The notes beneath the pieces are model-generated. The model was not told the DNA's origin and ran no database searches. It saw nothing but the letters and a program-made list of their open reading frames with translations. Positions 48,230 to 57,898 of a DNA stretch of 64,000 bases are shown piece by piece; positions within the stretch are counted from its first letter, which is position 1, and every line of letters begins with the position of its first letter. A program made the position numbers and the translations under genes. The stretch covers positions 224,001 to 288,000 of the forward strand of contig CAVPPB010000003.1 in NCBI GenBank assembly GCA_963707215.1, read 5' to 3'. This stretch comes from an uncultured Chloroflexia bacterium. Its GTDB lineage: Bacteria > Chloroflexota > Limnocylindria > Limnocylindrales > CSP1-4.

Positions 48230-49381
48230 TCAGTGGGCCGCGCCGACGGCGGCCCGGCCCTCCCCGACCAGGGCCCGGGCGACCCGCAGCATGTCCTGGC
48301 TGACCGGCGCGTCGGGATAGGCCAGCACGAAGGGAACGCCCTCGTTGTTGGCCCGCACGACGAGCGGGCCGTCCGAGATCAGCGTGTGCTCCGGGACCCG
48401 GCCGATGGCCCTGGCGAGATCCTCGGCGGCGATGCCGCCCGACGCGTCGGCCCGATTCACCAGGTACTGGACCTTGGTCGGCGGGTAGCCGATCGCCCGG
48501 AAGGTGCTGGCCATGGCGATCGTGTTGTGGATGGTCGTCGCGTCGAAGGTCACGATCTCGAGGATCAGGTCGGCCTGGTCGAGGAGCTGGAGCGTGACGT
48601 CACCGAGGTGCGATTCGGTGTCGGCGACGACGACCTCGTAGACCCGTCGGAGCATCGAGAGGACCTTGTCCACGTCGCGCACCGAGACCATCTCGGCCTG
48701 CTCGATCCGAGGCGGCGCCAGCAGGATGTCCACCCCCGATGGGTCGCGCCAGAGGACGTCGGTGAGGTCGGCCTCGGTGATGCGGTCCGTTGGCAGGTCG
48801 AGGATCGACGGGGCGTCCGGCGGTACCTTGAGCAGCGAACGGAGGTCGCCGAACTGGAAGCTGCCATCGAGGAGCACCGTGCGGCGACCCACCTGGGCGC
48901 TGGCCACCGAGAGATTGAAGGCGATGGTGGTCGTGCCGACACCGCCCTTGGGAGCGAAGACGGTGTAGACGCGCGAGGCGCCGGCGCTCCCGGACTCCTG
49001 GAACTTGCGGAAGACCTCGCCGACGCGGTTGACGAGGTCGTACCCGGAGAAGGGCATCGACAGCACCCCGTCGATGCCCTTGGCGAGGTTCGGGCTCACC
49101 GGCTGCTGGGGAACGGTCAGGACGATCACCGGGACCCGGGGCTCGAGAGCTGCCAGCCGCTCGACGACCTGCATGCCCTTGGTGCGGCCCTGCAGCAGGG
49201 CGTCGACCAGGACGATGTCGGGCCGCAGCTGGCCGACGGTCTCGACGACCTTGCCGCCGTCAGAGACGACCTCCAGCAGGCGGATCGATGACTGCGCATT
49301 GAGCAGCCCGCGGATGTACTGGACGACCTGCGGGACGTCCTCCACGAGGAGCAGACTCACCTGGGATGGGCTCGCGGACAT
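48230..49381 (-). CDS. Atypical receiver fused to CpaE/TadZ/MinD-like ATPase (paralog 2)
   Basis: VED, LVDAL, LTV, SMPF (conserved Lys absent); FAPKGGVGTTT, LDGSFQFGD, LLAPP, LVNR. Confidence 0.83.
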   Translation of the reverse strand: MSASPSQVSLLLVEDVPQVVQYIRGLLNAQSSIRLLEVVSDGGKVVETVGQLRPDIVLVDALLQGRTKGMQVVERLAALEPRVPVIVLTVPQQPVSPNLAKGIDGVLSMPFSGYDLVNRVGEVFRKFQESGSAGASRVYTVFAPKGGVGTTTIAFNLSVASAQVGRRTVLLDGSFQFGDLRSLLKVPPDAPSILDLPTDRITEADLTDVLWRDPSGVDILLAPPRIEQAEMVSVRDVDKVLSMLRRVYEVVVADTESHLGDVTLQLLDQADLILEIVTFDATTIHNTIAMASTFRAIGYPPTKVQYLVNRADASGGIAAEDLARAIGRVPEHTLISDGPLVVRANNEGVPFVLAYPDAPVSQDMLRVARALVGEGRAAVGAAH

Positions 49382-49483
49382 CGCTGCGACGATACCACGC
49401 GACCCGGGTCTCCCTCCGATGGTCCGAAGGTCCCGGTCGCGAGGGCTCCGCGGGGGCCCGGCCCCCGTCCGCCGGAGGGAGGG

Positions 49484-50326
49484 TCAGCCCTCCGAAGGTC
49501 GGCGGGCGACCAGGACGGCGCGCTCGCTGTCGGCGTCGAGCGGGCCCAGGTCGCGATCGCCGGCGAGCGTCTCGACCACGAGTCCGGCGGCGGTCGCCAT
49601 ATCGCTGAGCTCCTCGGGCGCCAGGAGTCGCATCGGGTCGCGACGGACCCATCGGCGCGGCGGCCCGCCGGGACCCGCCAGCTCGTAGATCGTGGTCACC
49701 TCGACGACCCGTCCATCCGGGTCGCGCGACGCCGCCCAGCTCTTGGTGAGTGCGGAGCCATCGGCCTCGAGGTGGACGCCGGCGAGCATGAGCCGGCCGT
49801 CGTAGACCTCGAGATCAGCCTCGGACGGCAGCCAGACGTCGACGACGGCGAGACCGTCCGGGGCCAGATGGTGGGCCATGACCCGCAGCGCCGCGGCCTG
49901 GGAGGCCCGGTCGGCGAGGAGGAAGACCGAGTTGAGCGCGAGCACCACCAATCGAAAGGAGCCTGCCGCTGGGAGCGGCTGCGGGTCGAGGTCCAGGAGA
50001 TCCGCCTCGACCAGGGAGAGCCGCCCGGACACGCCGGCCTCGCCCGCCTTGGCCTGGGCGCGGGCCAGCATCGCCGGGTCCACGTCGACCGCGGTGACGG
50101 CTAGACCCGCCTCGGCCAGCGGGACCGCGATCCGTCCGGTGCCGGCCGCCAGCTCCAGGATCGGTCCGCCGGTTCGGCGCGCCAGCCCGAGGTAGAGGGC
50201 CAGGTCGCCGGGGTCCTCGGCCGCCAGGTCGAGGTCGTACAGGAGCGCGAACGCGGTCGCCGGATCCGATGTGCCGGCCTCGGCGAGGCGGCGGAGGGCC
50301 GGCAGGCCGTCGATCGGCTCAGTCAA
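49484..50326 (-). CDS. Class I SAM-dependent methyltransferase
   Basis: ILELAAGTGR, AVDVDPAML, HLAPDG; probable TTG start overlapping the agmatinase stop. Confidence 0.82.
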   Translation of the reverse strand: MTEPIDGLPALRRLAEAGTSDPATAFALLYDLDLAAEDPGDLALYLGLARRTGGPILELAAGTGRIAVPLAEAGLAVTAVDVDPAMLARAQAKAGEAGVSGRLSLVEADLLDLDPQPLPAAGSFRLVVLALNSVFLLADRASQAAALRVMAHHLAPDGLAVVDVWLPSEADLEVYDGRLMLAGVHLEADGSALTKSWAASRDPDGRVVEVTTIYELAGPGGPPRRWVRRDPMRLLAPEELSDMATAAGLVVETLAGDRDLGPLDADSERAVLVARRPSEG

Positions 50327-51386
50327 CGCGCTGGAACCTGACCGCCCGACCGGCCTGCTTCTTCGCAGCGAGGGCACTGATCGCCTCCAGGGCGCACCGA
50401 TTCGCGGCCATCGCCGTGACGTCGGCCGTGTCGTAGGGCGGGCTCACCTCGACGACGTCCATGCCCGCGAGCTCGACGGCACCGACGATCCGGCGGATGG
50501 CTCGGAGGAGCTCCCGGGGCAGGAGTCCGCCCGGCTCGGGCGTACCGGTCCCGGGTGCCGTCCCCGGATCAAGGACGTCGATGTCGATCGAGAGGTACAC
50601 CGCGTCAGGGCCATCGAGCGCCTCGTTGATGGCGTCGTCGATGACGGCCTCGGGTCCGCGGTCCTCGATCTCGCGCATGAGATGCCAGCGCATCCCCTGA
50701 GCCTGCATCCACTCGAAGGTCTCGACCGGCGGCCAGTAGCCGCGGAGGCCGACCTGGACGAAGTTCCGCCCCGCGACCGCCCCGGATTCGATGAGCCGGC
50801 GCATCGGAGTGCCGTGGCCGGCCAGGACCCCCCAGTCCTCGGCCGCCGTGTCCGCGTGGGCGTCGAAATGGACGATGCCGATCGAGCCGGGCCGTCGGGT
50901 TTCGGCCACCGCCGTCGCGGCCGGCCAGGTCACCGAGTGGTCGCCCCCGAGGATGATCGGGATCGCCCCGCTGTCGGCCACCTCGCGGATCCGCCGGTAG
51001 ATGACGGCATGGGCCCGGTCGAGCCAGGCCGGCACGATGTTCGCGTCCCCGGCATCGACCACGGTGAGGACCTCGAAGGGCTCGACCCCGAGCTGGAGCG
51101 AGTGGATGGAGCCCGAGGTGTACTGGGCTTCCCGGATCGCCCGTGGGCCGAAGCGGGCGCCCGGCCGGTGGCTGACCGCGTCGTCGAATGGCGCCCCGAC
51201 GATCGCCACGTCGGCCCGCCGGGCCCGCAGCTCGGCCGCATCGGTGACCAGCGGCAGACGCATGAACGTCGGCATGCCGACGTAGGTCGGCAGGTCGAAG
51301 TCATCGAAGAGCGGGAACTCGCGATCCCAGCCGTTGCGAGCGGCGAAGCCCGCGGCCGGGAACGTGTCGTGGAGACGCTGGGGCAC
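50319..51386 (-). CDS. speB: Agmatinase/ureohydrolase family protein
   Basis: RPGARFGP, GGDHS, HFDAHAD, HGTP, SIDIDVLDP, VEVSP; exact substrate uncertain. Confidence 0.82.
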   Translation of the reverse strand: MPQRLHDTFPAAGFAARNGWDREFPLFDDFDLPTYVGMPTFMRLPLVTDAAELRARRADVAIVGAPFDDAVSHRPGARFGPRAIREAQYTSGSIHSLQLGVEPFEVLTVVDAGDANIVPAWLDRAHAVIYRRIREVADSGAIPIILGGDHSVTWPAATAVAETRRPGSIGIVHFDAHADTAAEDWGVLAGHGTPMRRLIESGAVAGRNFVQVGLRGYWPPVETFEWMQAQGMRWHLMREIEDRGPEAVIDDAINEALDGPDAVYLSIDIDVLDPGTAPGTGTPEPGGLLPRELLRAIRRIVGAVELAGMDVVEVSPPYDTADVTAMAANRCALEAISALAAKKQAGRAVRFQRVD

Positions 51387-51548
51387 GGGGCCATCCCTCT
51401 CGGGTCCGGCGAGGTCGGTCGAGGGGCGCGAGGGGCGAGACGCGACCGTTCGCCGCAGGCGCCGCCGGTTCGCGACCGGCGTCCAGCGGGGCGCCCGGCC
51501 GCCGATGGTAGCACCCTGATCAGGCCACTCGAGGTGGGCAGCACGTCC

Positions 51549-52766
51549 CTAGCGGCTCGAGACCCCTCCGGAGCGGAAGCCCTGCCAGGCGGTCTCCACG
51601 AGCGCCGGGTCGGCCAGCAGGTCGAAGGCGGTCTGGGCCACGAGCGTCGCCGCCAACAGGGTCGTCCGATCGGCCTGGGGGCCGGCCGCCGCGTCGCGGA
51701 ACTCCAGCGAGTGACCGGGCGTCCCGGGCGGGGCGATGGCCAGGTCGGGGTGGATCGCCGGGCAGACCCAGGACACGTTGGCCATATCCGTGCTGCCGTA
51801 GCTGGGATCGTGCCCCGCGTCCTCGATCCCGTACGCGGCGGCGTTGGCCCGCCACAGGTCGGCCAGGACCGGGTCGTTGCGCATGGTCTCGGCGCGACCG
51901 GAGAAGGTCACCTCGACGGTCGTCTCGGTGGCCAGGGCAGCGGCTTCGCAGAGTTGCCGGAAGCGATCCCGCATCGTCTCGTAGTGGTCGCGATCGGCGC
52001 TCCGGATCATGAACCAGGCGCTGGTCCGGTCCGGGATGATGTTGGCTGCTGTCCCGCCCTCGCGGATGATCCCGTGGACCCGGGCGTGCGGCGGCAGCTG
52101 CTGGCGCCAGAGCCCGACCGAGGCGAAGAGCAGGATCAGCGCGTCGAGCGCGTTCCTGCCCTCCCAGGGATCGCTGGCGGCATGCGCCTGGCGGCCGTGG
52201 AAGACGATGTCGACGTCCTCCGACGCGAGCGGGGCGATCTCGACGTGGTCCCGATCGCAGGGGTGGTAGAGCAGGGCCGCGTCGACCCCCTCGAACAGGC
52301 CGTCCTCGATCATGATGGCCTTGCCACTCCCCCGCTCCTCGGCCGGGGTGCCCAGGAAGACGACCTCGCCGGCCCAGGCGTCGCGGGCGGCCGCCAGGGC
52401 GATGGCGGCGCCGACCCCCGAGGCGGCCATCGTGTTGTGGCCGCAGCCGTGGCCCAGGCCCGGGAGCGCGTCGTACTCTGCCAGGACGGCGATCCGGGGT
52501 CCATCCGGGCCCAGGCCGCCGGTCAGGCGACCGCGGACGGCGGTCGCCAGCGAGCCGACCGGGTGCTCGACGACGTACCCGTGGGCCGCCACGGCTGCCG
52601 CGACCCGCTCGGCCGCCCGGACCTCCTCGAAGGCGGGCTCGGGATCGGCGTGGATCGCGTGGGACAGGGCGAGGATCTCGTCGGCGGCCGCGTCGACGGC
52701 GGCGGCGATCCGGCGCTTCTGCCCACTGGAGGGCTCGGCGGGATCGGTGATGGCCAGGTCGGACAT
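51549..52766 (-). CDS. M20D amidohydrolase (AbgB/ACY1L2-like)
   Basis: EYDALPGLGHGCGHN, GTPAEE, GSTDMANVS. Confidence 0.88.
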   Translation of the reverse strand: MSDLAITDPAEPSSGQKRRIAAAVDAAADEILALSHAIHADPEPAFEEVRAAERVAAAVAAHGYVVEHPVGSLATAVRGRLTGGLGPDGPRIAVLAEYDALPGLGHGCGHNTMAASGVGAAIALAAARDAWAGEVVFLGTPAEERGSGKAIMIEDGLFEGVDAALLYHPCDRDHVEIAPLASEDVDIVFHGRQAHAASDPWEGRNALDALILLFASVGLWRQQLPPHARVHGIIREGGTAANIIPDRTSAWFMIRSADRDHYETMRDRFRQLCEAAALATETTVEVTFSGRAETMRNDPVLADLWRANAAAYGIEDAGHDPSYGSTDMANVSWVCPAIHPDLAIAPPGTPGHSLEFRDAAAGPQADRTTLLAATLVAQTAFDLLADPALVETAWQGFRSGGVSSR

Positions 52767-52780
52767 GGGATCTCCCGGGA

Positions 52781-53155
52781 TCAGCGCTCGGTGGACAGGG
52801 TGACCTCGACCACGAGGACGAGGACCACCAGGAAGAGGGCGATCGGCAGCTGGAGGACGCCGTTGATCCGGAGCAGCACGAGGATGGCGACGAGGAGCCC
52901 GACCCAGAGGCCGCGACGGGCCGCCCGGATCCAGTCGCCGCGATAGGTCATCCGCCCCTGGCGTGCGAAGGCCGCCAGCCAGAAGAGCGGGACCACGGTC
53001 AGACCCACGGCGAGGCCCATGAGGACCGCGCCGACGACGCCGGCGGTGGGATCGACGACCGGATCACGGGTCGTGACCACGAGCCCGACGAGCACCCACG
53101 TGACGGCGGCCGCGCCGAACAGCCCGAGGTTGGCCAGGCGGTCGCGGCTCTCCAT
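52781..53155 (-). CDS. Small 4-TM membrane protein, function unknown
   Basis: Four hydrophobic segments; leaderless-type TAGACT upstream. Confidence 0.7.
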   Translation of the reverse strand: MESRDRLANLGLFGAAAVTWVLVGLVVTTRDPVVDPTAGVVGAVLMGLAVGLTVVPLFWLAAFARQGRMTYRGDWIRAARRGLWVGLLVAILVLLRINGVLQLPIALFLVVLVLVVEVTLSTER

Positions 53156-53166
53156 CGCCGCCGAGT

Positions 53167-53979
53167 CTAGCGGTCGGCCGATGGCAGGGCCGCCGGCAGC
53201 ACGTCCAGTGCCGGGAGCTCCAGGTCGGCTGCGACGCTCCCGTCGCGCTCGCTCTCGGGCAGGGGCGAATCCTCCGGGCGAGCCACCAGGTAGGCGGCCC
53301 GCCAGCCCGCCCGCTTGGCACCCACGACGTCGGCGGCCCAGTCGTCACCGACGTGGAGGATCGTCGCCCGCTCCTCGGGGGCGACGCCCAGGATCCCCTC
53401 CGCGGCACGGAAGATGGCCGGATGCGGTTTGATCGCCCCGACCCGCTGGCTCACCACGATCGCCGCCAGCCAGGGCGACCAGCCGGCCGCCTCGACGTAG
53501 CGATCGATCGTCACGGCCAGCGGCCAGTTCGAGAGGACGGCGATCCGGCGGGCCCGAGCCAGGCGCTCGAGGAGCCGACCCACGGTCGGCGGGGGCGGCA
53601 TGGCTTCGACGAACGAGCGGCTGTAGGCGTCCACGGCGAAGGCCAGCTCGTCCGGATCCGACCAGCGCGCAGCCGCCGTGTCGTCCCAGGGCTCGTCCGG
53701 GCCCGGCAGGGGCATGCCCCGCAGCCGGGCCAGGACCCGGATGACTCGCTGCTCCAGGTCGACCTCGCGGAAGCGCGGGACCTCCTCGCGGAACTGGCGC
53801 TCGCGCTCCTCGCTCCAGGCGGCCAGGAACCCGGCCTCTTCGAACGGCCCCGAGCGCCCGATGATCGCGTGCGCCGTCCGCTCGACGACCCGATGCAGGC
53901 CCGCCCGGTCGACCGGGACGAGGGTGTTCCCGAAGTCGAGCGTGACTACCCGCACGCCGGCGAGTCGCTGGTCGCTCAT
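53167..53979 (-). CDS. HAD-superfamily hydrolase
   Basis: LDFGNTL, LSN, KPHPAIF, HVGDDWAADVVGA. Confidence 0.85.
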   Translation of the reverse strand: MSDQRLAGVRVVTLDFGNTLVPVDRAGLHRVVERTAHAIIGRSGPFEEAGFLAAWSEERERQFREEVPRFREVDLEQRVIRVLARLRGMPLPGPDEPWDDTAAARWSDPDELAFAVDAYSRSFVEAMPPPPTVGRLLERLARARRIAVLSNWPLAVTIDRYVEAAGWSPWLAAIVVSQRVGAIKPHPAIFRAAEGILGVAPEERATILHVGDDWAADVVGAKRAGWRAAYLVARPEDSPLPESERDGSVAADLELPALDVLPAALPSADR

Positions 53980-56900
53980 CGACGGGCGGCGCTGGCCGGG
54001 CAGATGTCGCGGAAGGCGCAGTAGGAGCAGGACAGGTAGTCCGGCCTCGGCTCGAAGGCGCGGGCGCGGATCCCCGAGGCCGCGGTCCGGATCCGGTCTC
54101 GGGCCTTGTCGAGCCGCTTCGGGTCGACCTCGGCCCGACCTACGAGCCCCGACTCGAGGAACCAGAGCTGGACGGCGTCCGGCAGCCGGCCGGTCTGCGC
54201 CTCCCAGCCCATCGCGTAGATCTGGAGCTGGAGCGAGTCACGGGCCCGTGCCTTCGCGCGGACCGGGTCCCGGACGTCGCTGGACTTGTAGTCGGTGATC
54301 GTCACCCGCTCGGCCAGCCCCAGCGGCAGGGTTGGCGTCACGGTGTCGGCCAGCGGCCCGACGGACGGCCGGTCACGCCCCGGATCGGGGGCCTCGCCCG
54401 CAGCCGCCGGGACTGCCTCCACGTCAACCCGGTCCCAGCGGCCCCGGATCCGGTCGCCGTCGAGCGTGAACGAGAAGTCCCGCTCCACGTAGGACGGCAC
54501 CACCGAGCCGGGCTCCAGCTGCGTCGCCCGGAACCGCCGGAGCGCGGCCCGGCCGGCATCGAGCCGAGCTTCCTCGTGCTCCCGGGACAGGAACCCCTCG
54601 TTGACCCAGGCACGCTCGAAGGCCTCGTCGAGCTCGGCCTCGGTCATGACCTCGCCGCGGGCCTGCCTCCGGTGGAAGGCCTGGACGGCTTGGTGGAGGG
54701 CGGACCCGTAGATGATGGCGTGGTGCGGCGCCAGGGGCACCCGCATGACGTGGGCGTAGCGGTACTTGAGCGGGCAGGTCAAGTAGTCGTCGATGGCGTA
54801 GAAGCTGAGGCTCAGCGGTCCCTCGGTCGGCACCCGGGCTGGCTCGGCAGGCGAGCCGTCGGCCCCGTGGACGGCCAGCTTCTCGAGCGGCGACCCGGGG
54901 CGGACCCCGGCCCCGGCCCGGGACGCCTCGCCCGGCAGGTCGAGCGCCTCGAGGACGAACGGCGAGATCCTCCGTGCCCTGGCACCGCCATAGTCGGCTG
55001 CGTAGGTCAGGACCAGCTCGTCACGAGCCCGGGTCATCCCGACGTAGAAGAGTCGCCGTTCTTCCTGCATCGCGAAATCGCCGGTCGGCAGCGTCTCGCG
55101 GACCAGCTCGACCGGCAGCGGCAGCGGCTCGCGGCGCTCGGCCGACGGGAAGCGGCCGGCTACGAGGCCGACCATGAAGACGACGGGCCATTCGAGGCCC
55201 TTGGCCTTGTGGACCGTGAGCACGCTGACCGCGTCCGCGTCCGGGTCGATGTCGGCGGTCGCCGGATCGTCGCCTGCCTCGATCAGCGTCTGGAGGTGAC
55301 GAGCGACGAACGGCGCCCGGTCGTCGGCCAGGAGCGCGGACTGGGCCCGGACGATGTCGAAGAACCGGGCCACGTTCTGGACGGCCTCCTCCGTGGCGGC
55401 GCTCTCGGCGGCCGCGTAGCGAGCCAGCAGCCCGCTCTCCTTGAGGAAGCCGTAGAGCACCTCACCCGTGGGCCGCTCGTGGGATCGCTCGATGTGCCGG
55501 CCGAGGTCCTCGACGAGGCGGGCGATGCCGGCTCGGCTGCCCTCGGCCAGGCGAAGGGCACCGGGCTGGCGGACGAGCTCCTGAAGGGTCTCCCAGAGGC
55601 TCCGGTTGCGCCGCCTGGCCAGGTTGACGACGGCGGTCAGGTCGGTCCCGCCGAGGCCATAGACGTCGGACGTCGCCAGGGCATAGACGTCGGTGCTCGA
55701 GTCGGGGTCGGCGACGGCCCGCAGGAAGGCGAGCAGCAGGCGGACCTCCGGGCGTCCGTAGAGCCCGGTCGTCCCCGAGAAGCGCCACGGGACGCCGGCC
55801 AGGTTGAGGCTCCGCAGGACCGGGTCGGCGTGGGCGTTGGCCCGCACGAGCACCGCGACATCACGCGGCCGGACTCCCTCGGAGGTCCGGCGGGCGATCT
55901 CGGCCGCGACCCAGTCGGCCTCCTCCGACCCGCTGGCGAAAGCCTCCAGGCGGATGGGTGCCGGCTCCAGCGGGCGGCGCTCGGCGATCAGTCGCTTGTC
56001 GATGCCCTCGCGCGCCTCCAGGCGGTCCGGGTCGTTGAAGCGGATGAGCCGGTAGGCGCCGACGAGCACCGGGGCGACGGAGCGGTAGTTGCGGCGCAGC
56101 ACGACCGTCCGCGCCTTCCGGTAGCGGGCCCGGAAGTCGAGGATGTTGCTGATGGCGGCGCCCCGGAACTTGTAGATCGACTGGTCGTCATCCCCGACGA
56201 CGGTGACGTTGCGGTGCCGCTCGGCGAGCAGGGCGACGAGCTCCGCCTGGGCCCGGTTGGTGTCCTGGAACTCGTCCACCAGGATGTAGCGATAGCGCTC
56301 CTGGAGCGTTCGGCGCGCCGACGGGGAGGTCCGAACGAGCCGGAGGGCCGACGCCACCTGGTCGCCGAAGTCGACGAAGCCTCGCGAGGCGAGCAGCTCC
56401 TGGTAGCGCTCGAAGGCCCGGGCCAGCTCGGCCTGGCGCCGCGCCGTCTCGACCATGGCATCGGCCGCGTCGCGGTCCGGATCGGCAGTCTCGGGATCGG
56501 CCGAGACCGCGAGCCGGGCGGCCTCGGCCGACACGGCGAGCTCGTCGGCGTGGGCGAGATAGGCGGCCGGGGTGACGTCCTCGTCCTTGGCCCGCGAGAA
56601 CAGCGTCGCCAGGGCCCCGAGGAACCTGGTCGGGTCCCCCAGCGGCCGGTACTGGTCCAGTTCGAACTCGAAGAGCCGCTCGCGCAGCAGGATCACGGTC
56701 TCCGGCCGCGACAGGACCCTGACGTCCGGCGGCAGACCCAGCTCCAGGGCGAACTCCCGGATGATCCGGTCGCCGAAGGCATGGAACGTCGAGATGGCCG
56801 TGTCCGTGTACCCGTAGGGCACCAGTTGGTCGACCCGGACCTGCATCTCCTCGGCGGCCCGATCGGTGAAGGTCAGGGCAAGGATCTCGCTCGGGGTCGC

Positions 56901-57242
56901 CCGCTTCGTGGCGATGAGCCAGGCGATCCGGCGGGTGATCACCTGGGTCTTGCCCGTCCCGGCGCCGGCCACGACCAGGAGCGGGCCGTTCCCGTGGGTC
57001 ACGGCCCGGCGCTGCTCCGGGTTGAGACCCTCGAGGAGCTCGGCGAGGCCCTGGTCGGCGTCGGTCGGGTCGTCGCCGGGACCGTCAGCGAACCACACCG
57101 GCAGCTGCTGGAGCGGCTCGGGCTCATCGGCCGCGGCTCGAGATCGATCTCGGCCGGGACGGACGCTCACGAGGGACGCAGAGGACGACGCGGGGGGCAC
57201 GGGCGGATGCGTCCCCGCGCGTCGTGCCACCTCGCCTGTCAC
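53976..57242 (-). CDS. UvrD/PcrA-type helicase fused to a PD-(D/E)XK nuclease with a 4-Cys Fe-S motif (AdnB-like); start uncertain
   Basis: AGAGTGKT, VDEFQD, VGDDDQSIY, NYRS, TVHKAKGLEW, YVGMTRA; nuclease TCP, GRWDR, DYKS, QLQIY, CSYCAFRDIC. Confidence 0.88.
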   Translation of the reverse strand: MTGEVARRAGTHPPVPPASSSASLVSVRPGRDRSRAAADEPEPLQQLPVWFADGPGDDPTDADQGLAELLEGLNPEQRRAVTHGNGPLLVVAGAGTGKTQVITRRIAWLIATKRATPSEILALTFTDRAAEEMQVRVDQLVPYGYTDTAISTFHAFGDRIIREFALELGLPPDVRVLSRPETVILLRERLFEFELDQYRPLGDPTRFLGALATLFSRAKDEDVTPAAYLAHADELAVSAEAARLAVSADPETADPDRDAADAMVETARRQAELARAFERYQELLASRGFVDFGDQVASALRLVRTSPSARRTLQERYRYILVDEFQDTNRAQAELVALLAERHRNVTVVGDDDQSIYKFRGAAISNILDFRARYRKARTVVLRRNYRSVAPVLVGAYRLIRFNDPDRLEAREGIDKRLIAERRPLEPAPIRLEAFASGSEEADWVAAEIARRTSEGVRPRDVAVLVRANAHADPVLRSLNLAGVPWRFSGTTGLYGRPEVRLLLAFLRAVADPDSSTDVYALATSDVYGLGGTDLTAVVNLARRRNRSLWETLQELVRQPGALRLAEGSRAGIARLVEDLGRHIERSHERPTGEVLYGFLKESGLLARYAAAESAATEEAVQNVARFFDIVRAQSALLADDRAPFVARHLQTLIEAGDDPATADIDPDADAVSVLTVHKAKGLEWPVVFMVGLVAGRFPSAERREPLPLPVELVRETLPTGDFAMQEERRLFYVGMTRARDELVLTYAADYGGARARRISPFVLEALDLPGEASRAGAGVRPGSPLEKLAVHGADGSPAEPARVPTEGPLSLSFYAIDDYLTCPLKYRYAHVMRVPLAPHHAIIYGSALHQAVQAFHRRQARGEVMTEAELDEAFERAWVNEGFLSREHEEARLDAGRAALRRFRATQLEPGSVVPSYVERDFSFTLDGDRIRGRWDRVDVEAVPAAAGEAPDPGRDRPSVGPLADTVTPTLPLGLAERVTITDYKSSDVRDPVRAKARARDSLQLQIYAMGWEAQTGRLPDAVQLWFLESGLVGRAEVDPKRLDKARDRIRTAASGIRARAFEPRPDYLSCSYCAFRDICPASAARR

Positions 57243-57784
57243 GAGGCCCCGGCGATCCCCCGGCGCTCCTGGCGGGCCAGTCGGATCGCCTCGCCCTCCT
57301 CGTCTGAGAGCGCCGCGTCCGAGCGGCCGCCGACGACCGCCTTGGCGTAGACCCGGGTGCCGGATCGAGCGTGCAGGCTGCTCAGCACGATCCCGTCGCC
57401 GTCCGCGTCGAGCAGCGCCAGGGCGAAGCTCTGGTTGCCGCCGGTGTCCTCGAACGGGTTGAAGCGGACCAGGCCGACATTGCGGATCGCCGATCGGCCC
57501 AGGGTCTCCAGCGAGGTCGTCCGGGTCGCCACGCCATCGAGGTCGCGGCCGACGCGGTCGACGCGCTGAAGACTGCTGGCGAGGACCGCCTCGAGGCTGG
57601 CGCCGTCGCTGCCGGCGGTCAGGGCATCGACCCGGGCCCGCACGCGGGCAAGGCTGCGGGCCGTCAGGACGAGGGCCACGACGACCACGGCGAGCACGAT
57701 CGCCAGGACGACGACGAGCGGACCGAGCGGCGAGTCGAGGAAGGTGCCGGCGTCGATGACAGGATCCTCCGGACGGGTGGTCAC
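57239..57784 (-). CDS. DUF4446 family membrane-anchored protein
   Basis: TM helix and coiled coil, then VRFNPFEDTGGNQSFALALLD, RVYAK, LSDEE; stop overlaps the helicase start. Confidence 0.78.
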   Translation of the reverse strand: MTTRPEDPVIDAGTFLDSPLGPLVVVLAIVLAVVVVALVLTARSLARVRARVDALTAGSDGASLEAVLASSLQRVDRVGRDLDGVATRTTSLETLGRSAIRNVGLVRFNPFEDTGGNQSFALALLDADGDGIVLSSLHARSGTRVYAKAVVGGRSDAALSDEEGEAIRLARQERRGIAGAS

Positions 57785-57898
57785 GAGTCTAGCAGCCGCC
57801 ACGGTGCTATCCTCTGGCCCGCCGAGCATCCCGTCCGGCTCGAGCCGGTGGCCCCCGCGGCCGCCTCCGACCCGCCGATCCAGAGGTACCCGAACCGC

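Noticed and set aside
51387-51548. Guanidine riboswitch upstream of the ureohydrolase
   Set aside because: No paired ACGR-loop hairpins and no class I or III consensus were recognisable by eye.
53976-54800. Cas4-like nuclease indicating CRISPR adaptation
   Set aside because: The 4-Cys PD-(D/E)XK domain is the C-terminus of a UvrD helicase (AddB/AdnB type); there is no cas1 or array.
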